Source: a virus
Lineage: Duplodnaviria; Caudoviricetes
DNA length: 31,521 bases
Virus record (IMG/VR): IMGVR_UViG_3300014202_000217
Coordinates: 1 to 31,521 of that record
Direction: 5' to 3' (one strand)
The notes below the pieces were generated by a model. It searched no databases. It saw only the letters and a program-made list of their open reading frames with translations, and had not been told where the DNA came from. The translations under genes and the position numbers were made by a program. Positions 1 to 7,533 of this stretch are shown piece by piece (the first letter of the stretch is position 1; every line of letters starts with the position of its first letter).

Positions 1-483
1 GCTCTGTGCGCTGCCAATCGCAACATCATCAGCAACTGTAACGTGATCCGGGCAGGCTGGGTGTTGGCGATTCCCGCCCCTGGCTCGGCCCCGGTCAACT
101 CGGCGGCGAACGTAGTGCCGACACCCGTCCAGTCGTGGGGGCAGCAACAGGCGAACTACCGTGTGCAGCCTACACCGGCGCCTGTTTACGTGCAGCCCGT
201 GCAGCCACGCCAGGCTCTACAACGCAATCTTGCGACGGGAGACAGTGTAATCAATAACAACGCCGACGCCGTGCAAGCTATCCAAGCGCTTGGTCCGCTG
301 CCTACGATTGCTCCGGTTGTGGTGGCTCCGACGCCGACGCCGCGTAGCGTTTACACCTACGCCGAGTTGAAGGCGCAACAGGGGAGCACAGTTCCCGGTG
401 GCGGACAAGCGTACATCGATCAGTTCTTGAAAACTTACGGGAACAACACCACGGTTGCGGACGCCAGCAACGATAGCCCGTAA
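1..483 (+). CDS. LysM-domain protein with Pro/Gln/Val-rich linker (5'-truncated by window)
   Basis: Frame 1 is open from base 1: ALCAANRNIISNCNVIRAGWVLAIP matches the C-terminal half of a LysM domain (L..AN....N.I..G..L.IP). The listed start at 43 is internal. Confidence 0.75.
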   Translation, partial: ALCAANRNIISNCNVIRAGWVLAIPAPGSAPVNSAANVVPTPVQSWGQQQANYRVQPTPAPVYVQPVQPRQALQRNLATGDSVINNNADAVQAIQALGPLPTIAPVVVAPTPTPRSVYTYAELKAQQGSTVPGGGQAYIDQFLKTYGNNTTVADASNDSP

Positions 484-497
484 GAAGTGTGTACGAT

Positions 498-533
498 AAG
501 CAGGTAGATCGAAAGGGTCTACCTGCTTTAATT
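498..533 (+). terminator. Intergenic hairpin (weak terminator or mRNA stabiliser) before ftsK-like gene
   Basis: AAGCAGGTAGATC-gaaag-GGTCTACCTGCTT, 13-bp stem with one G-U pair and a short T/A tail. Confidence 0.5.
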
Positions 534-543
534 GGAGGAAATC

Positions 544-1920
544 ATGAGAGCGATTCGGAACTGGATCATCCAATGGCTACACGGCAAAATGGAGCCGGCG
601 AAGGTCGAACTTGGATATGTGGCGGCTAAGGAAATCGCTTTAATCAATGGGCTCTTTCAGCAACTGAAGGTAAAGGCAGTAGTCGACACAGCCGGGGTTG
701 TCGCCAGCGATACCGGCAACTTTATCCGCTACCCATTGCGCACCTACGGCAAGATTAGCGCCTTGGAAAGCATTGAGACGGATCTGGAAGTGCTTCTATC
801 CATGCACCGGGGGCGCGAGACTGAGGTGAACATTCGCACCCCAATGCTGGCTATCGAGGTGGCTTACCCGTTGACGGTGCGTCCATTGCTGTGGGCAGAC
901 GCGAAGTTGGAACAACTGAAGCCTCTTCAGGCTCTGCTCGGAATGGATTATACCTCCATGAACCCGGCGCCGGCGCTCATGGACTACAGCAAGAAGACGC
1001 TGGCTCACGCACTTATTGCCGGTACAACGGGCAGTGGCAAGAGTGTGCTCGTTATCGGCATGATTAACAGTCTCTGCTACAGCACGCCACCCGATCAACT
1101 GTCCGTTGTCTTTCTCGATCCTAAGTTCGATCCTGACTGGAAGATTCTTGACGACTTACCCCACGTCACCATGCGCAGTGAGCCGGCAGATTGCGTCGCA
1201 GCTATTGCCAGCGCGAAAGCGGAGTTGGAGCGCCGCAAGCGCCACCCAGATCCGCGCAAGCTGATTCTCATTATCGACGAGTATGCGGACTTTAGGGGCG
1301 ACTTAGGCAAAGAGACGCGCGAGCAGGTTGAGCAGCAGATTGTGAGCATTACCAGTGTTGGGCGGTCGCTCGGCATTCATGTCATCCTTATCACGCAAAA
1401 GCCGACTATTGAAATTGTCGACACGGTAGCCAAGGGCAATCTCACCACCCGCGCCTGTGGCATGGTTACCACGGCAAAGGAAAGCGAGATTGGCATGGGG
1501 CGCGGCGGCATTGGTTGCGAAGCGTTGGAGAGCGCAGGCAGCTTCTATGCAGTTGTAGGCGGAGGGCGCACGCAACGCATTCAATCCTATCTGATTGAGG
1601 GCGATACGTTGGAGGCGTCTATCGACGAAATCGTTGAACGCTGGCAGAACAAGGAGCCGTATCAGATCTCCATGATTCCGACAGGCGAACTCCCCCAGGC
1701 GCAGCCGGCGCAAAAGTCGCCCCATGACATGCCGCTTGAATGGTGTGTAGAGCAGGTGATCCAAAGCCAGCGCTTCGCAGAAATCTTCCCGGAAAATGGC
1801 GGGCCACACAAACGGGCGAAGGGCATGATTGCAGAAGTGTTGTTTGGCGAAGGGACGGAAAACAAGGGGCGCGAAAGTTTGCTCGCACGCAAAGTTTTTG
1901 ACGCTATTGTTACTCAATAA
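544..1920 (+). CDS. FtsK/SpoIIIE-family DNA translocase (TraB-like), no N-terminal TM domain
   Basis: Walker A AGTTGSGKS, FLDPK, Walker B ILIIDE, GRSLGIHVILITQKP and a short helical C-terminal domain. RBS GGAGGA at 534-539 favours ATG 544 over TTG 532. Confidence 0.9.
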   Translation: MRAIRNWIIQWLHGKMEPAKVELGYVAAKEIALINGLFQQLKVKAVVDTAGVVASDTGNFIRYPLRTYGKISALESIETDLEVLLSMHRGRETEVNIRTPMLAIEVAYPLTVRPLLWADAKLEQLKPLQALLGMDYTSMNPAPALMDYSKKTLAHALIAGTTGSGKSVLVIGMINSLCYSTPPDQLSVVFLDPKFDPDWKILDDLPHVTMRSEPADCVAAIASAKAELERRKRHPDPRKLILIIDEYADFRGDLGKETREQVEQQIVSITSVGRSLGIHVILITQKPTIEIVDTVAKGNLTTRACGMVTTAKESEIGMGRGGIGCEALESAGSFYAVVGGGRTQRIQSYLIEGDTLEASIDEIVERWQNKEPYQISMIPTGELPQAQPAQKSPHDMPLEWCVEQVIQSQRFAEIFPENGGPHKRAKGMIAEVLFGEGTENKGRESLLARKVFDAIVTQ

Positions 1921-2005
1921 AATTCTTCTTCTTCTTTCTGAAACACACTTCTACTCGTGGTAGAGAAGAAGAAGAGTGTGTGATTTTGAAGAAGAAGAAG
2001 AATTT
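1920..2005. repeat. Nested inverted repeat with three GAA/TTC tracts (cruciform; candidate clt-like locus)
   Basis: Perfect 17-bp arms AAATTCTTCTTCTTCTT (1920-1936) / AAGAAGAAGAAGAATTT (1989-2005), inner arms ACACACT/AGTGTGT and TCTAC/GTAGA, and an extra GAAGAAGAAG in between. Confidence 0.85.
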
Positions 2006-2025
2006 CTAACGAAAGGATTTACGGA

Positions 2026-2343
2026 ATGGAAAACAAATCAGGCATTGGTGACTGGCTCTTTCTTGGCTTTATGCTCACCCTGATCGTGGGCTATTTTGGG
2101 TACGAGAATCAGGCAGCGATTATGCAGTGGGTTACTACCATGCAGGCGCCGGTAGAGGCAACAGGCGCCCCGAGCGGTGGGCTTGTCGGCTTTCTCACGC
2201 AATACTGGGGAGTGACGGCTCTGCTTGTTGCTCTACTCATTTGGCAACTGAAGTCGCGACTCAGCCGGCAAACCACGGACGTGGATGGGCAGGCGATTGA
2301 CTACACGTCGCCTGGGTGGATCAATGTGAAGTTGGTTGAGTGA
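2026..2343 (+). CDS. Small two-TM membrane protein
   Basis: RBS AAAGGA; hydrophobic segments WLFLGFMLTLIVGYFGY and YWGVTALLVALLIWQL. Confidence 0.75.
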   Translation: MENKSGIGDWLFLGFMLTLIVGYFGYENQAAIMQWVTTMQAPVEATGAPSGGLVGFLTQYWGVTALLVALLIWQLKSRLSRQTTDVDGQAIDYTSPGWINVKLVE

Positions 2344-2363
2344 GGGTGTTGGGACGTGGCGAA

Positions 2364-2388
2364 AATGTTTGCAGATTCTGCAAACATT
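2364..2388. promoter_or_regulatory. Perfect 25-bp palindrome, candidate operator
   Basis: AATGTTTGCAGA-T-TCTGCAAACATT, intergenic, followed by a C9 tract at 2392-2400. Confidence 0.55.
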
Positions 2389-2427
2389 ATGCCCCCCCCC
2401 GTGCGATTGGCGTTGGAGTAATGAACT

Positions 2428-3387
2428 ATGAAAGCAGTGCAAAAGCTATTAACGATTGAACATTTTGTCGACGCTGTCATGGTCGTGTTCGCTCTGGCCT
2501 CTGTTGGTAATATCGCAGAATACATGGTCGGCCATGGTCACAATCCTGTCACAGCCTACGGTGTGGGTGTAGCCCTGGGTTTCGGGCTAGTGGCTGTGTC
2601 CGTCCTGCTGGCACGGATTCCACCTAGCGACAGGGGTACGTTCCGATTCATGCTCATCGCAACCGTAGCAGTCGGGTTGCTGTCGGGCGCCGTCCAATTC
2701 CTTGCATACTGGGAGCATGGGCAGACCGTAATCACAGCCGGCATCCAGGGCTTTGGGTTCCCGTTGATCGGCGAGTGCTTGCTGGCTGTCGCCATGTCAA
2801 TCTACACCGAAGCGCAGAAGCGCAAACGGTTGTCGGCGAGTGACGACGCCATGAACGAACGAATCAACATGTTCGTCAATCAGTCGTTGGACGACGTTGA
2901 CTTGTCGAAAATGACGACGTACATTGAGAGGCAGGTGGGGCTAATTGTCAGAAACAAAATTGATAACATTGTACAGCAGCGGATTGTACAAACGTCAGTT
3001 GACAAACCGATTGTACAAACAGGGGTTGACATTGTACAACCCAAACTGTCAGTAGACAACGACATTGTACAATCTAACCCGTTGTCAGTTGTACAAAACG
3101 GCCAAATTGAACAAGTTGACATTGAACAATTGAACAACTTGGATGATGCGAATGTACAACGCCAAGATGATGTTGTACAACGCCAACAACGGCTCTTGAA
3201 CATTCTGACAGAGCAAATGTCAGCCGGTGCCAGTGAATTGCACAAGTTGTTGGGTGGCGACGATATTTGTACAAGAGGGACATTGTACAATGACTTGCAA
3301 GAATTAGCCGCCAGCGGCTTGGTGTACAATGCAAATCGCAAGTGGCATATCGGCCAGCCGGCCCCGGTCATGAATGGTCATCGCTAA
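2428..3387 (+). CDS. Four-TM membrane protein with repetitive linker and C-terminal winged HTH (SpdA/SpdB/DUF2637-like architecture)
   Basis: Four N-terminal hydrophobic helices; IVQ-rich linker; C-terminal RQQRLLNIL...GASELHKLLG...TRGTLYNDLQELAASGLVY...KW typical of wHTH. Confidence 0.75.
   Translation: MKAVQKLLTIEHFVDAVMVVFALASVGNIAEYMVGHGHNPVTAYGVGVALGFGLVAVSVLLARIPPSDRGTFRFMLIATVAVGLLSGAVQFLAYWEHGQTVITAGIQGFGFPLIGECLLAVAMSIYTEAQKRKRLSASDDAMNERINMFVNQSLDDVDLSKMTTYIERQVGLIVRNKIDNIVQQRIVQTSVDKPIVQTGVDIVQPKLSVDNDIVQSNPLSVVQNGQIEQVDIEQLNNLDDANVQRQDDVVQRQQRLLNILTEQMSAGASELHKLLGGDDICTRGTLYNDLQELAASGLVYNANRKWHIGQPAPVMNGHR
2968..3330. repeat. Array of TTGTACAA palindromes interleaved with TGACA/TGTCA motifs
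   Basis: TGTACA cores at 2970, 2985, 3012, 3033, 3066, 3090, 3153, 3174, 3268, 3284 and 3323; variants TTGAACAA at 3107, 3122, 3130 and TTGCACAA at 3238. Confidence 0.9.
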
Positions 3388-3390
3388 CAG

Positions 3391-3419
3391 AGTAGGGCAT
3401 GGCGCCCTACTTTTATTTT
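3391..3419 (+). terminator. Intrinsic terminator at the convergent junction
   Basis: AGTAGGGC-atggc-GCCCTACT followed by TTTATTTT, overlapping the tail fibre stop codon. Confidence 0.75.
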
Positions 3420-4573
3420 CGCAAGGCAGCAACGGCAGTTTCCAGCGCTCTGATTCGTTGCTCATGGTCTGTCAGCTTGTTAGCCCCTTGCTGGATCTTG
3501 TTGTCAAGGAACTCCTTAGCCGTTTGCAGTCGCCCCACTAGCTCATTCAAGCCAAGCATTGACAGGGTTGACATACGCCCGTAGTTGATCCCCTTCGTGA
3601 CAACCTCTTCGTCATTCTCCATAATGGTCACATCGGCTACCACTTCTGGAAATACGCTTCCCACCTGCTCAGCAAGCAGACCAATGCGCTTATGCGCAAC
3701 AGGATCGCCTCTGCGATTGTACCGATAAGCTTTCAGACCAACCAGCCGGTCAAGCACGTTGGGGATTTCTTCCAGGTTCTCTTTGATTTCCTGTGAGGAT
3801 GTTTCTACCAGGTCAACACAGGTTACGGTGCCACCACTGACGGTTACGCTTGGGTCAAACGTGTAGGTCAAACGGGTGCCGTTTGAGGTGATAGTGAACC
3901 CATTGCTGACACCAGACTGCCCGGCCCGCATAATGCTGGCACTCCCAGCAGCAGCCAGAGTATCAAACCTATATGATGGCGTTGTATTTCCTAGGCAGAA
4001 GTTGCCGTTTGTGTCAACGATCCACCGGTATGCGCCCGCTGTTTCATCATACAACCCAAAATTGTTTGCCCCCAAAGCCCCCGCATATAACCACCAAGAT
4101 TTTCCTACGGAATTTTCGATTTTTATAATAGGAAAAGGTGCTGATGTACCACCAGTGATATGAAGCGCGTAATCAGGGCTGATCTCGTTAATGCCGACTT
4201 TGGCGTTGTTGAAAATATAAGTGAGGGTAGTGCCGTTAGTTGCGATAGTTAACCCATTACTCACCCCTACTTGCCCAGCCCGGAAAATATTTGCGCTCCC
4301 TGCTGAAGCAAGCACATCCGCCTTATAGGTAGGTGAAAAGTCTGATCCTATTGCAATTGTGCCAACGTTAGTCAGGTTTTTGCTGTTCACATTCAGGTTT
4401 GCAGCCAGCGTGTTTGCTACACCTGTCGTATAAATGAACCGGTCAGCGTTGATTTTCTTTGTCGTGCCAGACGCAGACATGGTTGTGTCGCTCACGTCCA
4501 CGAACGGTAACCAGTCGCCCACGGCTGGTACTGCGTCAAGCTCGGCTAAGCCGGTAGTTTTCGTATCTGCCAT
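3413..4573 (-). CDS. Tail fibre/spike with C-terminal intramolecular chaperone (Peptidase S74-like)
   Basis: TSSQEIKENL...LKAYRY...IGLLAEQV...FPEVV...INYG then a coiled coil; VGINEISPDYALHI-type fibre repeat; internal ~40-aa duplication (AGSA.I.RAGQ.GVSNG.TI..NGT.LTY.F). RBS GAGGTG favours ATG 4573. Confidence 0.85.
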   Translation of the reverse strand: MADTKTTGLAELDAVPAVGDWLPFVDVSDTTMSASGTTKKINADRFIYTTGVANTLAANLNVNSKNLTNVGTIAIGSDFSPTYKADVLASAGSANIFRAGQVGVSNGLTIATNGTTLTYIFNNAKVGINEISPDYALHITGGTSAPFPIIKIENSVGKSWWLYAGALGANNFGLYDETAGAYRWIVDTNGNFCLGNTTPSYRFDTLAAAGSASIMRAGQSGVSNGFTITSNGTRLTYTFDPSVTVSGGTVTCVDLVETSSQEIKENLEEIPNVLDRLVGLKAYRYNRRGDPVAHKRIGLLAEQVGSVFPEVVADVTIMENDEEVVTKGINYGRMSTLSMLGLNELVGRLQTAKEFLDNKIQQGANKLTDHEQRIRALETAVAALRK

Positions 4574-4584
4574 AATGCACACCT

Positions 4585-7533
4585 CTATGTTACGGTAAGC
4601 ACACCGCTAGAATTAATAGAAACACGTCGATCATTGCCATTGTCGTCCTTTAGGTATAGGTACCGAAAAGCGAAACTTGTTGTACCCAGTGTACGATTTT
4701 GGGATGAAGCGTCAGATCTAATATGCCCACCTAAATAGATAGGTGATGATGTATTAGCGTTTAATTGAATAACCCCATTGTCTAGGACAATACTGGATGT
4801 GGGACTACCAGATACATTTTCTTGGATTAAAGAAATTGCGCCTCTTTTACCTGTAACTAGATCTTGTTGACCTGCAACAAGACGCATAGATGCTTGGCTC
4901 CCTGTCCAGATATTTGAAATTTCACCTACTACTGTACCTGAGGTAACCCACTTGATAGAGACAGGGGCGCCAAAGGAATAACTAGAAGGAGGTGTGAATT
5001 GTATTCCTGCTGTACCTAATAAAACAGATCCGCTTAGTTGTGAGACTGTGCCACCAGTCACAAGCGATCCGGTCACCGTCCCACCCGATACCACCGCACC
5101 GATCACAGTGCCGCCCGATACAAGCGCTGCGCTTACTGTCCCTTGTGAGACTGTACCGCCACTGAATACAGCCCCGCTCACAGTTCCGCCACTGACAAGA
5201 CCACCAACGACTGTGCCACCGCTTACCCGTGAGCCGGTGATGGTGCCACCGCTGATCTGCGCTGCGCTGATCGCCCCTTGCGTTACGGTGCCACCCGTGA
5301 ACACGGCCCCTGTCACAGTACCACCCGATACCAAAACACCGGACACCGTGCCAGCCGTTACACTTCCACTAAACACCCCGTTAACGGCTGTCATTCGACC
5401 GGTGCCGGTGTCAAAGCTAAAGCGGGTATTGCCGCCACTGTCATAGCCAAAGACGCCGGAATTGTCCATTTGCACCCGTGCGCCGGCTGTGCCCGTTCGG
5501 ATGACAGCAGCGTTCGTCACCTCATACACGGTTTCGAGAATGGTACCAGACGAAAATATAGGACGTTGCGCCGGATCTGTTGGGATGCTGAATGTCAGCC
5601 CAAGGGTGCCATAGCCAAACAGACCGGCTGAAGTCAAGTAGACGCCGGGGTTGCTGCTGTTAATGGGCAGTTGCCGGGTGGCAATGGTGCCCCCATCGGC
5701 ATAGATTAAGTTGTTGGCAATGACCCAGCCACCGATCTCCCCGGCTGTGGCTGCAATTGCCCCGGTGAAATAACCATTGCTCGTCCAGATGCCCCAGCCC
5801 GTTGGCGAAACAGTCCCGACAGAACCAAGCCCATCTAGGTAGCCAACTTTGGCTCTCACGGTGCCATCCTGTAGAATGAGCATGGCTCCCCGTGTCGTCA
5901 CGCTGCTCTCTTCCCTGCCTACTACGGCTCCGGTATGACCACCATAATCTGACCATGAAAACTGAGCCGTACCGCCATCGGTGAACAGCGCACGCCCGGA
6001 GATTACCTCTCCCATATTGCCGGTTATGTCACTGAGTCTGCCAATCGATCTGCCTGTATTGCGCCTGGTTACGCCTGATGACGTGTAGCTGACGTTGCCA
6101 AAGCTCTCAATTAGTGTCTGGTAGAATTTGCCGGCAGACACGGATGCAACCACCATGAACTGATTGTTTCCGGTCACGACCGATTGTATCGATACTTCCT
6201 GAATCAAGAAGCTCCTAGTGACACCGTAACTCTCTAACAGAAGGCGGCTTCCGTCCTCTAGCAATAGAGCATCCTCGACACTGCTCTCTAGCGCCAAGTG
6301 GGCTGACGTGACGGTTGATTCAATATCTAGTAGTGGGATGTTGACCGACACCAGCCGCCCCGGCAGCAGTCCATGCTCAGCCACATCGAATTTAATCCGC
6401 AGTCTCCCATTTGCGTACTCTGACAAAATGGTGTCGGCGTATCGCTCTGCCGATACGGTATCGACAATCGAGTCGTCGTAGTAGGTGCGCGAAAAGACTC
6501 TGGCGTATGTGGACTGACTCTCCGTGTGGTTTCGGGTTACAGTAACCTGTGTCTGATAGTAATACTGGACAGTAATTGTTGACCCTATTTTGGGATAGTA
6601 CCCACCCTCCATTGCAATGGTTACGTTTCGGGCATCAAGATTGGCTTGCACAATGTAGAGCCCGCCATCCACGCGGAGTTCGTCATGTGGATAAATGCCA
6701 ATATCAGACGCGTAGGCTGACCAATTAACATCCTGGTTATCAGTCCATGTAACCAGCCACATACTAGAAGGCGCTTTTGTTAATGGCCCGTAGGTGATTT
6801 TGTCTTCTTCTGCGGTAAATGTATCCGTTTGCAATGTCCCGCTCTGTGCGAACCCGCCAACAATGATAGCCTGGTTGACGATCTCCGTAGCATCCAGATC
6901 AACCTTCACGCTATTCGCAAGCACGTCGAACGAATTGACGCCATCGGGCGACACAGTGTCAATATCGAATGTGGCGTTGTCCGGCGCCGATGGCGCGTAC
7001 CAGTAGATTGCCTTGCTTGGATCGACATGCCAGTTTGCACTAACGCCTGCTGCCAACTGATTAAGTGCTTCTCGCAGAGAAATGCTCTCGAATACCATGT
7101 CCACGTCGTCAAATTGACTGGTGACATTGCTCGATGCGTCAAAACTATCTCCGCTAAGGTAGGTGGAAAATAGATCATTGATAATGTAGGCATCGGAACG
7201 ATCTGTATACTGCTCGGTGACAGTAACCTTGTCTAACAGAATGCTCCAGTCTTTGCACTCGACATTCCATGCTGCTATTTTTCCATCGCCTGCACCGAGA
7301 TCGGAGCCAGAATAGCGCACAATGTACCCACCGAAGATTAGGGTAGCATTGACGTATATCAGCACCTGTGTCCATTCACGAAAGGAGAATGAGTCATCGT
7401 AGAGAATGGTGAACTCGGCCACGTCAACGCTATTGCCGACACTTGAGCGGACGAAAAGTGAATCCTTCCTCAGCTTTGAACTACGGTCAATACCGTCGAT
7501 CATGACCGTAATGGTGTGTGTAATGGTTGGCAT
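4585..7533 (-). CDS. Tail tip/baseplate hub protein fused to central fibre
   Basis: Directly follows tape measure; hub-like N-terminal half (SLREALNQLA...WHVD), G.IGGW.I fibre motif, SGGTV repeat shaft, distinct C-terminal domain. Confidence 0.8.
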   Translation of the reverse strand: MPTITHTITVMIDGIDRSSKLRKDSLFVRSSVGNSVDVAEFTILYDDSFSFREWTQVLIYVNATLIFGGYIVRYSGSDLGAGDGKIAAWNVECKDWSILLDKVTVTEQYTDRSDAYIINDLFSTYLSGDSFDASSNVTSQFDDVDMVFESISLREALNQLAAGVSANWHVDPSKAIYWYAPSAPDNATFDIDTVSPDGVNSFDVLANSVKVDLDATEIVNQAIIVGGFAQSGTLQTDTFTAEEDKITYGPLTKAPSSMWLVTWTDNQDVNWSAYASDIGIYPHDELRVDGGLYIVQANLDARNVTIAMEGGYYPKIGSTITVQYYYQTQVTVTRNHTESQSTYARVFSRTYYDDSIVDTVSAERYADTILSEYANGRLRIKFDVAEHGLLPGRLVSVNIPLLDIESTVTSAHLALESSVEDALLLEDGSRLLLESYGVTRSFLIQEVSIQSVVTGNNQFMVVASVSAGKFYQTLIESFGNVSYTSSGVTRRNTGRSIGRLSDITGNMGEVISGRALFTDGGTAQFSWSDYGGHTGAVVGREESSVTTRGAMLILQDGTVRAKVGYLDGLGSVGTVSPTGWGIWTSNGYFTGAIAATAGEIGGWVIANNLIYADGGTIATRQLPINSSNPGVYLTSAGLFGYGTLGLTFSIPTDPAQRPIFSSGTILETVYEVTNAAVIRTGTAGARVQMDNSGVFGYDSGGNTRFSFDTGTGRMTAVNGVFSGSVTAGTVSGVLVSGGTVTGAVFTGGTVTQGAISAAQISGGTITGSRVSGGTVVGGLVSGGTVSGAVFSGGTVSQGTVSAALVSGGTVIGAVVSGGTVTGSLVTGGTVSQLSGSVLLGTAGIQFTPPSSYSFGAPVSIKWVTSGTVVGEISNIWTGSQASMRLVAGQQDLVTGKRGAISLIQENVSGSPTSSIVLDNGVIQLNANTSSPIYLGGHIRSDASSQNRTLGTTSFAFRYLYLKDDNGNDRRVSINSSGVLTVT
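5025..5385 (-). repeat. Penta/decapeptide [ST]GGT[VI] repeat coding region
   Basis: Nine [ST]GGT[VI] units with 5/10-residue periodicity; codons vary, so the repeat is conserved at protein level. Confidence 0.85.

Noticed and set aside
1-483. LysM protein as the phage endolysin
   Set aside because: No catalytic domain is visible in the available part, it is on the strand opposite the late genes, and it is linked to the FtsK module; the N-terminus lies outside the window.
2968-3330. TTGTACAA array as a CRISPR array
   Set aside because: Repeats are only 8-12 bp, irregularly spaced, inside an intact ORF, and no cas genes are present.
3850-4330. Duplicated 40-aa segment in the tail fibre as a DGR template/variable repeat or invertible cassette
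   Set aside because: Both copies are in frame in one gene, differences are not adenine-specific, and there is no reverse transcriptase or adjacent invertase.
4994-5446. Plus-strand 150-aa TVPP-repeat ORF and other long antisense ORFs (e.g. 1303-1917, 8938-9399, 9907-10395, 19017-19625, 26129-26710)
   Set aside because: Shadows of well-supported genes on the opposite strand, with no RBS or domain motifs.
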